Below are positions 9,169 to 18,653 of a DNA stretch of 64,000 nt, piece after piece. The stretch is from positions 12,638 to 76,637 of the IMG/VR virus record IMGVR_UViG_3300013132_000039. The stretch is one strand, 5' to 3'. A program made the position numbers and the translations under genes. The DNA comes from a virus. The notes under the pieces were generated by a model that worked only from the letters and a program-made list of their open reading frames with translations, searched no databases and was not told the DNA's origin. The first letter of the stretch is position 1, and every line of letters begins with the position of its first letter.

Positions 9169-12100
9169 ATGGCAGAGTTTAAACTTGGTAGACTAAAATT
9201 TGTTTGGAAAGGTACCTGGACAACAGCTACAGCGTATGTAAAAGACGACGTTGTAAGATATGGTAATAGTACCTATATTTGCACCATAGGGCATACCTCT
9301 GCTGCAAGCATTAATACAGACATTAATGTTTCTCCAAGCAGATGGAATAAAATGAGTGAAGGACAAACCTGGAGAGGGGATTGGACGACATCTACAGTTT
9401 ATTATGCAGGTGAAATTGTAAAATATGGCGGAAACTTATACACCTGTTTTAACGGTCATACTAGTGCAGCCACAGCTTCTCTTGGACTGGAGCAAAATAC
9501 CGCTGACTGGTCCGTATATCTATCGGGCATTGATTATAAAGGTGACTGGTCAACAAGCACACGTTATAAATTAAATGATGTTGTTCAGTATGGAGCTACA
9601 AGTTATATTTGCCTAACATACCATACCAGTGCAGCTACAGCAACACTAGGATTAGAACAAGATCAATCTAAATGGGATGTTTATACTACTAGCGTAGACT
9701 ATAAAGGTACCTGGGCAGCAACAACTAGATATAAAGCCAATGATATTGTAAAATACGGGGCCGGTTTATGGATTTGTATTGCAGCACATAGCTCAGGATC
9801 AAATTTTGGAGCTGATACAGCTTATTGGGAACAATTTGTAGAAGGTTTTGAATACGAATCAGACTGGTCGAATTCCACTGTTTATCAGCCAGGTGATGTT
9901 GTTAGATATGGTGGTAATCAATATATAGCTAAAACTGTTCATAGTGCTAGTAACCCTATAACAGGAACATCTAATTGGGACTTATTCAGCGAAAATTTTA
10001 AATTTCAATCAACTTGGAGCATTACAACTTCATATAAAATTGGAGAAATAATTAAAGTTGGTGGAAATTTATTTATTGCCAATACTGATGCACCAAGCGT
10101 TCAAACAACCTTACAAAGTACAAGTAGTGTAACAAATTATTTTCAAGCAGTTAGCACTACTGGCATGGAAGCCGGTATGGTAATTCGTTTTACAGGATCT
10201 GCTTTTGGTAATGTTAATATCAGTGGAACATATTATGTTAAGCAGGTAATAAATGCTACACAGTTTACAATTAGCACAACTCCTGGAGGAACAACATTCG
10301 CTCCAACAACTGCTAGTAGCTTATCAAATACAGTTACCTTTAGCCCTAAGCCACCTAATGCTACTTACTGGACTGCCTTAAGTGAAGGCCTTAACTGGAG
10401 AGGAACCTGGGCTGATGATACAGAGTATGCTCAAAATGATCTTGTTCGATATGGAGCTAACACTTATATTTGTAAACTAGCACATAGGTCAGAAGGAGAT
10501 GACGGGTCTACAGTGGGTGCAACTGGCGGCGGACAGGTGTTAAGCAGACCTGATCAAGACGCAACTTCTACATATTGGGATCTGTTTAATGTAGGAACAG
10601 AAACCAGTGTAATGACCACTAAAGGCGATATGGTTTATTATGGCACTTCTGGTCCTGTTAGATTACCAGTAGGAACAGAAGGTCAGGTTTTACGTGTCTC
10701 ATCAAGCTCAACACCAGAATGGGTAAGCTGGGGACAAACAGATAATGTTTATTATGTGGCAACGAACGGACAAGACTTACCATTTCCAACATATGGCGGA
10801 ACTATTGATAAACCTTGGAAAACAGTAAGATACGCAGCACAGCAAATCGAACGCGGCTGTATGAATCCTAATGCCAAACGTTTGTTAGAAATGAATAGAA
10901 TTTTTATCCAAAAAGAAGTATGTGAGTGGATAGAATATCAAGTAACAAACAATATTAGTCCGTTTACAACTGGATTTACTTTTGCAAGAGATAGATGTGA
11001 ACGAGACATTGGATGGGTGATAGACGGGTTGGTATACGACATTACACACGGAGGTAATGTTCGTAGCAGAGGAGCAGCACTAGCCTATGTAAATGCTCTT
11101 TACCCTGGAGAAAATGGAACTTACACAAGACTAGCAGCTGAAAGGTTGCAAGATATAGCTTGCTATGATTACATGATTACTTTAATACAAAAAGTATTAA
11201 CCAATCAAGCTCCTACTGTTAATTACCAAGTAACAAATGGAGATAATTCTACAGCTATTGTCAGTCAGTATATTGACACTACCTACACAGCAGAAACAGG
11301 TGTCTATAGTAACATTGTAAGTTTGGTTGGCATTATTAATACTGCATTACTTGATCAATCTACTGCTAATATTACTGAAAGAAATCCTGCTAATAATACT
11401 ATCAATGTAAGAACAGGTGAATACTACGAAACACTTCCTATCATAGTTCCAGAAAGTACAGTAGTAATTGGAGATGAGTTAAGGTCGACTAGAGTAAGTC
11501 CAGCAGGCAGTCTAATAAATTTAAGTGATGTTTCTTATACTCTTAATACAATGAGTAGGCTTAGAACTGTAGTAGGACAAATTGTTCAAGGAACTAATGT
11601 TACAGAAAGTTCTGGAAATACCGCTACTCAAAGCAGTTCTTGGCCATTAGCTCCTGCTTCTACTGCTGTAGAAGTAGAAAAGTTAGTAGGCGTTATGCAA
11701 CATAAGATTGACACTATTGCTAATACAGCTCATATGAGAAGTTATACATTACCTTATCTTTATAATAGTGTTAGTTATTTGCAAGGCTACGGAGATGCAA
11801 GACAACTTATTATAGAAAATAAAGAATTTATCAAAGAGGAAATTGCTAAATTCACAGATGTAAATTACCCAAGTGTGAAATATTCAAGGACAAAGTGTAA
11901 AAGAGATGTTGGATATATTGTAGATGCCTTAGTATATGACCTTACATATACCGGAAATACTCAAAGCTTAAATGCTGGATTAGCCTATTTCGATGGTCCA
12001 GGAAGCACTTTGTTAATTGACTCCACAGAATTAGCTGCAACAATTGCTGCATATACACGTCTAAAAACTGTATTACAACAGGTAGTTCAAAACATTGCAG

Positions 12101-15100
12101 TAACAGCAAGCACAGGAAATGCTAAAGTGCAATTTAGAGATAGCACTAATTTTCCTAATGGCGGAAATACAACAGGATTTATAGGTAATTGTATCGATAT
12201 AATTACAGGAATCCTAACAGCTAATTCTACTACTGGTCGTCCAAACTTTACAGTAATAAGCATTACAGGAAATAATACCTTTAATACAGCAGCAGCTCAC
12301 GGGCTTGCAGCAGGTGATTTAGTTATTCCTAGAACCACAGCTAATGGTGTTACAGCTGACACACGATACTATGTTTTAACAACAACAACAACGTCATTTA
12401 CTGTGGCACTTTCATATGGCGGGTCTGGTGTAGGAGCTTTAACTAATGGAACAGGATTAACAATTGTTTTTGATTGGGAAGATCGTCCAGTAATTAACAA
12501 TAATAATGTTCTTAGTGCAGGACTAACTACAGCATATACAGCATTAAGTGCTGCTGTAGGAACAATAGTTACCAATATGAGCAATTATATAACTGGTAAG
12601 TATCCAAGTCTAACTTATAACACTGCCAAATGTAATCGCGATGTAAGAATTATTTTAGATGCAGTAGGATATGATTTTCAATTTAATACAAATGTACAAA
12701 CTGTAGCTGCCGCATATTCATATCTAAGAAGCAGTGCAAGTGATGTGTTTAGCTTAGGACAAAAAACCGCTACAAGAGATGCATTCCAATACGTTAAAGG
12801 ACAAGCTAAATCGAATGTCGCTGGGGATTCTACTGCACAAAGCAGAATAGAAACACTAATGAATACGCTAGACGAAATTGTATTTGGTGCTACTACAGAG
12901 GGATTAACCTGCGGTCAAAGCGATCCTAATTTTGATTATGCTATATTACAGTTAGAAAGAAATAGAGATTATATTGTAAGTGAAATTACTGCCTATATGG
13001 ATAGTACTTATAGCGTAACAGTTAGTTCTTATAGCTCATCAACTGGATTGTTTACCTTAGGAGGTAACGGATCTTGGTTAAAGCGTAATGCGGCTATTAA
13101 ATTTACAGGAACTGCTTTCTCCGGAGTTACAACAAATACAACTTATTATGTTTATAGTGTTGTGAATAATAATAATGAGTTTGCTATAGCGACAACAAGA
13201 GATGCGACAGCACCATTAACAGGTTCATTGACAACAGGATCTGGTTCGATGACACTAAAGTTAGTGTTTAATACAACACTTTGTTTAAGAGATGTTAATG
13301 AAATGCTTGATGCATTGAAATTCGATCTTCGTTACACTGGCAATTATAAATCTATTTTAGCAGCGAGATACTATGCTAATGCTGTACGAGGTAGTGCAGA
13401 AGAAGATATGTATTATCTAAGAAACGAAACAGGTCTCAGAAATCAAACTATGTTTGGACTAAATGGAGATTTGCTAGCACCTAACGCATACGGAACAAGC
13501 CGTGTAAGTGCAGGAGCATATGCTAGCTTAGATCCTGGAGCTGGACCACACGATTATCATTCTTGGATCATAAGCAGAAGTCCTTATATTCAAAACTGTA
13601 CAACATTTGGTTATGCAGCTATTGGTCAAAAGATTGATGGAGCTTTACATAACGGCGGCAATGATAGTATGGTATCTAATGACTTTACTCAGGTTATTAG
13701 TGACGGTATAGGATGCTGGGTAACAAATAATGCTAGAGCAGAACTTGTTAGTGTGTTTACCTACTATTCACACGTTGGATATTTGTCTGAAAATGGCGGA
13801 AGAATTAGAGGAACAAATGGTAACAATAGTTACGGAGACTTTGGTTCTGTAGCTGAAGGGTTTGACGCAACAGAAACAGCTATAACAGCCGTAGTTGATA
13901 ATAGAAAATTTACAGCAGATGTTGGATCGGTCCTTACAGATGGTATCAATCAACTGTGGCAATATGAATTTACTAATGCAGGCACAGATTATACATATGC
14001 AACATGGTCAATAGGTGGTGCAGGCGCTGGTATAGCAGTAGAGCAAGATGAATTTAGAGACGATGGTGTCTTCCAAGTTCGACTATTAGATAACGTGGAT
14101 GATAGCACAAATGCTCCTGAAGTTGCAGGGAATTTTGGCGGATTTGGATATTTAAGTAATGCAAATACTGCTCAAGGTGGTACTACAACTAATATAACAA
14201 TAGCCGCAACAGATTCAGAAGTTAGTAGTGCTTATGTAGGAATGAAAATATTATTAACAGCTGGATCAGGAGCAGGACAATATGGTATTATTAGTGTTTA
14301 TAGCTCAGGATTAAAGTTAGCGACAATAATAAAAGAAAGTACTGGAACATCAGGTTGGGATCATGTTGTACCTGGGACTACTATAGTAGCACCAGATGCA
14401 TCAACTACCTATGTTATAGAACCAGCATTGTCATTTACATCTCCTACATTTAGCTCAACAGCTAGAACTTTAGCTACTAGTTTAACTTATGTTACAGTAG
14501 ACTGGGCTCCAACAACTGCGTATTATAGTGCAGTAGCGGCTACTGGAGGCAGTGGCGCTGGAGCAACTTTTAATGTAATTAGAAGAGGTCCTAAATACCT
14601 AGTTGTTATTCAGCAAAGTGCAGGTTCAAATTATGCTATAGGAAACACACTTACTATTGCTGGCACAAACTTAGGAGGCGCTAGTCCTGCTAACAATTTA
14701 ACTATAACTGTTACCAGCGTAAATACTAGTTCCGGAGCAATCACTCAATTTGAATTCAATGGAACTGGACAGGGTGGGTATTTTGTAGCGTTAGCTTCAG
14801 GAACGCAAAATCTTAATACTAGCTTAGATGGTATAACCTGGGCAAGCCCCGGTGCAACAGCTTTACCTAGTGCTAGCAATTGGTCAACAGCAGTAAGTGG
14901 AGATATTACAGTATCTGAGACAGCTGGTTCATTTGTAAATGGAAGATTGTATCAAATTATTAGTGTTGGAAATACTATATGGACAAACATTGGTGCAGCT
15001 AATAGCTTGGTAGGAACTTATTTTGTTTATAATAATTACTCAGGCGCAGGATATACTGGAAGTACTGGAACAGCTAAACCTATAGCTACAAGTTTAGTAG

Positions 15101-16845
15101 CAGTATCTGATAGCACAACAGTAAATGCTTACAGCTTAAACGGTGGACAAACCTGGACAGCAGGTGGTGCATTACCCGCAGCTTTTGCTTCTGGTAATGC
15201 AGGAACATATGTTGCTTATGGACTACAAAGTGGTAATGGAAGATGGGTAGTTATTCGTAATGGTATAACTGGATCAGGATTCAGCACTAATGGTGGTATC
15301 ACTTGGACTTCAGGAGGAGCTCTTCCTTCAGCAGCAGCTTGGACTGGTTTAGCCTATGGTAAAGGTAAATTTGTGGCTGTTTCATCAGGCGGAAATAGTG
15401 CTGCCTATTCTACAGATGGTGGTGCAACCTGGACTGCTGCAACATTACCTAGCTCAAGTAATTGGATAAGCGTAGCTTATGGTAATAACAGATTTGTTGC
15501 TGTTTCTGCAACAACTGGAACAGCAGCAGCCTACAGCCTAGATGGTATAACCTGGGTGGCAAGTACACTGCCTGCCAGCGCTACTTGGACAAGTATAAAT
15601 TACGGGCAAGGAGTATTCTTAGCAGTAAGCCAAAGTACTCAAGCAGCTTCAAGTGAGGATGGAGTATTGTGGACATCCAGAACAATGAGCACCGCAGCTA
15701 ATGGATTTAGTGGTAGTGCTTTCGGAAATCCAAATAAAACTGGAGTTTGGGTAAGTGTACAAAGAAGTACTGCTGGAACTGTTGCTAGTAGCAGCAATCT
15801 TGGAGCAACAACAAAAGCAAGAGCTTATGTAGCTAATAAGAAGATATATGCTGTTCGTATAACAGAACCTGGTTCTGGATACGCAAGTGCTCCAACAATG
15901 ACAATTACTGATCCTAATAACACTTATGAAGCTCCGTTTACAGTAAGAATAGGTAAAGGCGCACTAGCTAATCCAAGCTTTAGAAATAGAGGTACTGCTT
16001 ATGCTTCTGCTACAGCTCAAGTAGATACTGGAGATGGTTACGGAGATAACTTCCAATCTGGTGCATATGTTGCTGTAAAAAGATTAACAGCAGTGCCAGC
16101 AGCAGGCGCAAACGTTGTACTATCAAGCCAGCCAAACTTTGTCTACAAGCTTGTTCAGGTATTAAGCCAAAGTGGTTCAGAATCTGGATCAATTGGGGCA
16201 TTTTTACAAATAAGTCCAGACTTATCCTTATATAATGCTCCTAATCATGAAGTTGCTGTAACTACTAGAATACGCTATAGTCAGGTTCGATTAACAGGAC
16301 ACGATTTCTTAGATATTGGAACTGGTAACTTTGATGAAACTAATTATCCAGGAGGAATACCGGACAACACTCCAAGTCAAGCTAAAGAAACAGTGGATAA
16401 TAATGGCGGTCGTGTATTTTATACTAGTACTGACCAAGATGGTAATTTTAGGGTTGGGGAGCTATTTACAATTGAACAAAGCACTGGTATTGCTACATTA
16501 AATGCTGATGCGTTTAATATTGCAGGACTAGCAGAACTTACACTTGGATCAGTTACACTTGGTGGTAGCAGTGCAACTATTGTTGAATTTAGTACAGATC
16601 CATTCTTTACTGCTAACAGTGATCAAATTGTACCAACACAACGAGCAATTAGAACATATATTGCTTCGCAAATTGGTGGCGGTGGTGCGTCATTAAATGT
16701 AAATAGTGTAGTAGCTGGATTTATTGAAATTTCGAACAACCAGATAACAACTACTTCTGGGGCACCAATTCAGATGAAGGCTAATTTTAACTTTTCAGCT
16801 GGTGTAACAGGATACCCATTAGCTTGGAATTACTTTTTATTATAA
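9169..16845 (+). CDS. Giant virion fibre/adhesin protein 2 (2558 aa) with four phycobiliprotein-like domains
   Basis: Same architecture as 3685..9132 (MAEFK start, NCTTFGYAA.GQKIDGA.HNGGN, YSQVR.TGHDFLD.GTGNF, STDQDGNFR) plus extra insertions. Confidence 0.75.
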   Translation: MAEFKLGRLKFVWKGTWTTATAYVKDDVVRYGNSTYICTIGHTSAASINTDINVSPSRWNKMSEGQTWRGDWTTSTVYYAGEIVKYGGNLYTCFNGHTSAATASLGLEQNTADWSVYLSGIDYKGDWSTSTRYKLNDVVQYGATSYICLTYHTSAATATLGLEQDQSKWDVYTTSVDYKGTWAATTRYKANDIVKYGAGLWICIAAHSSGSNFGADTAYWEQFVEGFEYESDWSNSTVYQPGDVVRYGGNQYIAKTVHSASNPITGTSNWDLFSENFKFQSTWSITTSYKIGEIIKVGGNLFIANTDAPSVQTTLQSTSSVTNYFQAVSTTGMEAGMVIRFTGSAFGNVNISGTYYVKQVINATQFTISTTPGGTTFAPTTASSLSNTVTFSPKPPNATYWTALSEGLNWRGTWADDTEYAQNDLVRYGANTYICKLAHRSEGDDGSTVGATGGGQVLSRPDQDATSTYWDLFNVGTETSVMTTKGDMVYYGTSGPVRLPVGTEGQVLRVSSSSTPEWVSWGQTDNVYYVATNGQDLPFPTYGGTIDKPWKTVRYAAQQIERGCMNPNAKRLLEMNRIFIQKEVCEWIEYQVTNNISPFTTGFTFARDRCERDIGWVIDGLVYDITHGGNVRSRGAALAYVNALYPGENGTYTRLAAERLQDIACYDYMITLIQKVLTNQAPTVNYQVTNGDNSTAIVSQYIDTTYTAETGVYSNIVSLVGIINTALLDQSTANITERNPANNTINVRTGEYYETLPIIVPESTVVIGDELRSTRVSPAGSLINLSDVSYTLNTMSRLRTVVGQIVQGTNVTESSGNTATQSSSWPLAPASTAVEVEKLVGVMQHKIDTIANTAHMRSYTLPYLYNSVSYLQGYGDARQLIIENKEFIKEEIAKFTDVNYPSVKYSRTKCKRDVGYIVDALVYDLTYTGNTQSLNAGLAYFDGPGSTLLIDSTELAATIAAYTRLKTVLQQVVQNIAVTASTGNAKVQFRDSTNFPNGGNTTGFIGNCIDIITGILTANSTTGRPNFTVISITGNNTFNTAAAHGLAAGDLVIPRTTANGVTADTRYYVLTTTTTSFTVALSYGGSGVGALTNGTGLTIVFDWEDRPVINNNNVLSAGLTTAYTALSAAVGTIVTNMSNYITGKYPSLTYNTAKCNRDVRIILDAVGYDFQFNTNVQTVAAAYSYLRSSASDVFSLGQKTATRDAFQYVKGQAKSNVAGDSTAQSRIETLMNTLDEIVFGATTEGLTCGQSDPNFDYAILQLERNRDYIVSEITAYMDSTYSVTVSSYSSSTGLFTLGGNGSWLKRNAAIKFTGTAFSGVTTNTTYYVYSVVNNNNEFAIATTRDATAPLTGSLTTGSGSMTLKLVFNTTLCLRDVNEMLDALKFDLRYTGNYKSILAARYYANAVRGSAEEDMYYLRNETGLRNQTMFGLNGDLLAPNAYGTSRVSAGAYASLDPGAGPHDYHSWIISRSPYIQNCTTFGYAAIGQKIDGALHNGGNDSMVSNDFTQVISDGIGCWVTNNARAELVSVFTYYSHVGYLSENGGRIRGTNGNNSYGDFGSVAEGFDATETAITAVVDNRKFTADVGSVLTDGINQLWQYEFTNAGTDYTYATWSIGGAGAGIAVEQDEFRDDGVFQVRLLDNVDDSTNAPEVAGNFGGFGYLSNANTAQGGTTTNITIAATDSEVSSAYVGMKILLTAGSGAGQYGIISVYSSGLKLATIIKESTGTSGWDHVVPGTTIVAPDASTTYVIEPALSFTSPTFSSTARTLATSLTYVTVDWAPTTAYYSAVAATGGSGAGATFNVIRRGPKYLVVIQQSAGSNYAIGNTLTIAGTNLGGASPANNLTITVTSVNTSSGAITQFEFNGTGQGGYFVALASGTQNLNTSLDGITWASPGATALPSASNWSTAVSGDITVSETAGSFVNGRLYQIISVGNTIWTNIGAANSLVGTYFVYNNYSGAGYTGSTGTAKPIATSLVAVSDSTTVNAYSLNGGQTWTAGGALPAAFASGNAGTYVAYGLQSGNGRWVVIRNGITGSGFSTNGGITWTSGGALPSAAAWTGLAYGKGKFVAVSSGGNSAAYSTDGGATWTAATLPSSSNWISVAYGNNRFVAVSATTGTAAAYSLDGITWVASTLPASATWTSINYGQGVFLAVSQSTQAASSEDGVLWTSRTMSTAANGFSGSAFGNPNKTGVWVSVQRSTAGTVASSSNLGATTKARAYVANKKIYAVRITEPGSGYASAPTMTITDPNNTYEAPFTVRIGKGALANPSFRNRGTAYASATAQVDTGDGYGDNFQSGAYVAVKRLTAVPAAGANVVLSSQPNFVYKLVQVLSQSGSESGSIGAFLQISPDLSLYNAPNHEVAVTTRIRYSQVRLTGHDFLDIGTGNFDETNYPGGIPDNTPSQAKETVDNNGGRVFYTSTDQDGNFRVGELFTIEQSTGIATLNADAFNIAGLAELTLGSVTLGGSSATIVEFSTDPFFTANSDQIVPTQRAIRTYIASQIGGGGASLNVNSVVAGFIEISNNQITTTSGAPIQMKANFNFSAGVTGYPLAWNYFLL

Positions 16846-16859
16846 TGGAGAATTAAAAC

Positions 16860-17177
16860 ATGGCAACAGGAAGACTAGGAGCTTCAGATTTATCAGCTAC
16901 TACTAATACTACTGTATATCAGTGCCCTGCAAGTAATTTTGCAGTAGTTACTTTATCAGTGTGTAATAGGACAGCAAGCACTATTACTTGTAGAGTAGCA
17001 TTATCTACAAGTGCAAGCCCTGCACTTGCAGACTATTTAGAATACGGTGTAAGCATTTTAGCAAATGGTGTATTAGAAAGAACAGGTATTGTAATGGCAG
17101 CTAATCAATACTTAATTGTATATTCTAGTGCAAGCAGTGTTAGTGCAGTTGTATTTGGAATTGAAACAGCGACCTAA
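16860..17177 (+). CDS. Small fibre-associated protein, paralogue 3 of 3
   Basis: TVYQCPAS...LSVCNR...ILANGVLERTGIVM; GGAG SD. Confidence 0.65.
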   Translation: MATGRLGASDLSATTNTTVYQCPASNFAVVTLSVCNRTASTITCRVALSTSASPALADYLEYGVSILANGVLERTGIVMAANQYLIVYSSASSVSAVVFGIETAT

Positions 17178-17182
17178 TTAAT

Positions 17183-18652
17183 ATGACAAGAAGAATATCA
17201 TCAGGGTACGGGTTCGCATCAGGCGGATTAGGACAAATTCAAGTTATACAAAATACTCTTAGTACGTCGGCTGGGGATATTACATTATCCCCTACTTCAG
17301 GTGGAATTTTGGACTCAAAGGATATTGTCAGAATTAATAATGCTACAAATTCTACTAGCACTTCAACTGGTGCTATAAGAGTAAGTGGTCCATTAACAGT
17401 AACAGGTTCAGTTAATGTTGGCGGATACATAACTACAACAGCTTGGAATAATGGACCCATAGGCAGCGTTACACCAGCAGCAGCACGATTTACTACAGTT
17501 ACAGCTTCAGGCTTGACAACTATAGGCGAAGCAGCTGAAGTATCCTTACCATTAACAGCGGCTACCGGTGTTGTGGTACATGATTACACTGTTGCAAATA
17601 CATTTGTGCATAGCTCAATCAGTGCTAATTTTACAGCTAATTTTACTAATGTTCCTACTACAGCTAACAGGACTTATACTTTTACACTAGTTCTTAATCA
17701 AGGTGCTGTACCATACTATGCCAGCTCGATAGCTATAAATGGATCAGTCCAACCAGTAAATTGGCAAGGCGGACAATTTAAAGCAAACAATATTGACATT
17801 CAATTAATTAGTTTAGTAAGGGCTAATGGTGTATGGACTGTTATTTCAACAATACAAAACCATAGCTTACTTTTAGACGGCAGTAGTAGCTCAAGGGCTG
17901 CACCTAATGCAAATTACCTATTTAATGCAGGCATTACAACAAGTAATGTTTATTGGATTAATTTACCTCAGCTAGGACCTACTCAGGTTTATTGTGATAT
18001 GTCCACTGACGGCGGTCGCTGGATGATGATGGGATACTTAGGTAGTATTGTTGGGGTAGGAAACGTACAACAAGCAGTATTTTCTACGTTTGGTACTTTA
18101 GCAGCCACAAGAGCTAGCAATCAAACGTCTTTTTGTAGATTAGATATAGCTAAAGCATATCCAGGAACAGACGGTGGTAATACACAGTTAATGTGGAGAC
18201 GAACCAGTAATGCAAATATTATAGTAATACACTCTTTAGATGCATTATATGATAGAATGGCTACTAATCCAGCAACAAGTAGTCCATTATTAAATTTTAC
18301 CGATGATCCTAACGGACAAGGCATTGGGAATCCAATTAAAGTTTTTAAAATGTCAAACACTGGGCCAGCTAACTTAAAGTTGAACGGAGGTGCTAGATAT
18401 GAAAATGGACCTTCTTATCCAGGATTAGCTTGGAATGGGCCTTATAATGATAATACAGACAGTACAGGATCATTTACTAGTTATCTAAATCCCAGAAGCA
18501 TTCTACAATGGGAAACCGGCGGAGTTGAAAATAATACTCAATGGTTTAGAGGAAGTTCGTTGACACTTTCAGCTTCAACAGGTAATTTTGGAAATCAAGC
18601 TATGCGAGATGTAGAAATTTATTTTAGATATAATCCGTTAGGAAATTTATAA
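17183..18652 (+). CDS. Tail fibre / receptor-binding protein A with fibrinogen-C-like tip
   Basis: VYWINL...QVYCDMSTDGGRW motif; central ANFTANFTN.PTT.NR domain shared with next two genes. Confidence 0.7.
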   Translation: MTRRISSGYGFASGGLGQIQVIQNTLSTSAGDITLSPTSGGILDSKDIVRINNATNSTSTSTGAIRVSGPLTVTGSVNVGGYITTTAWNNGPIGSVTPAAARFTTVTASGLTTIGEAAEVSLPLTAATGVVVHDYTVANTFVHSSISANFTANFTNVPTTANRTYTFTLVLNQGAVPYYASSIAINGSVQPVNWQGGQFKANNIDIQLISLVRANGVWTVISTIQNHSLLLDGSSSSRAAPNANYLFNAGITTSNVYWINLPQLGPTQVYCDMSTDGGRWMMMGYLGSIVGVGNVQQAVFSTFGTLAATRASNQTSFCRLDIAKAYPGTDGGNTQLMWRRTSNANIIVIHSLDALYDRMATNPATSSPLLNFTDDPNGQGIGNPIKVFKMSNTGPANLKLNGGARYENGPSYPGLAWNGPYNDNTDSTGSFTSYLNPRSILQWETGGVENNTQWFRGSSLTLSASTGNFGNQAMRDVEIYFRYNPLGNL

Positions 18653-18653
18653 T

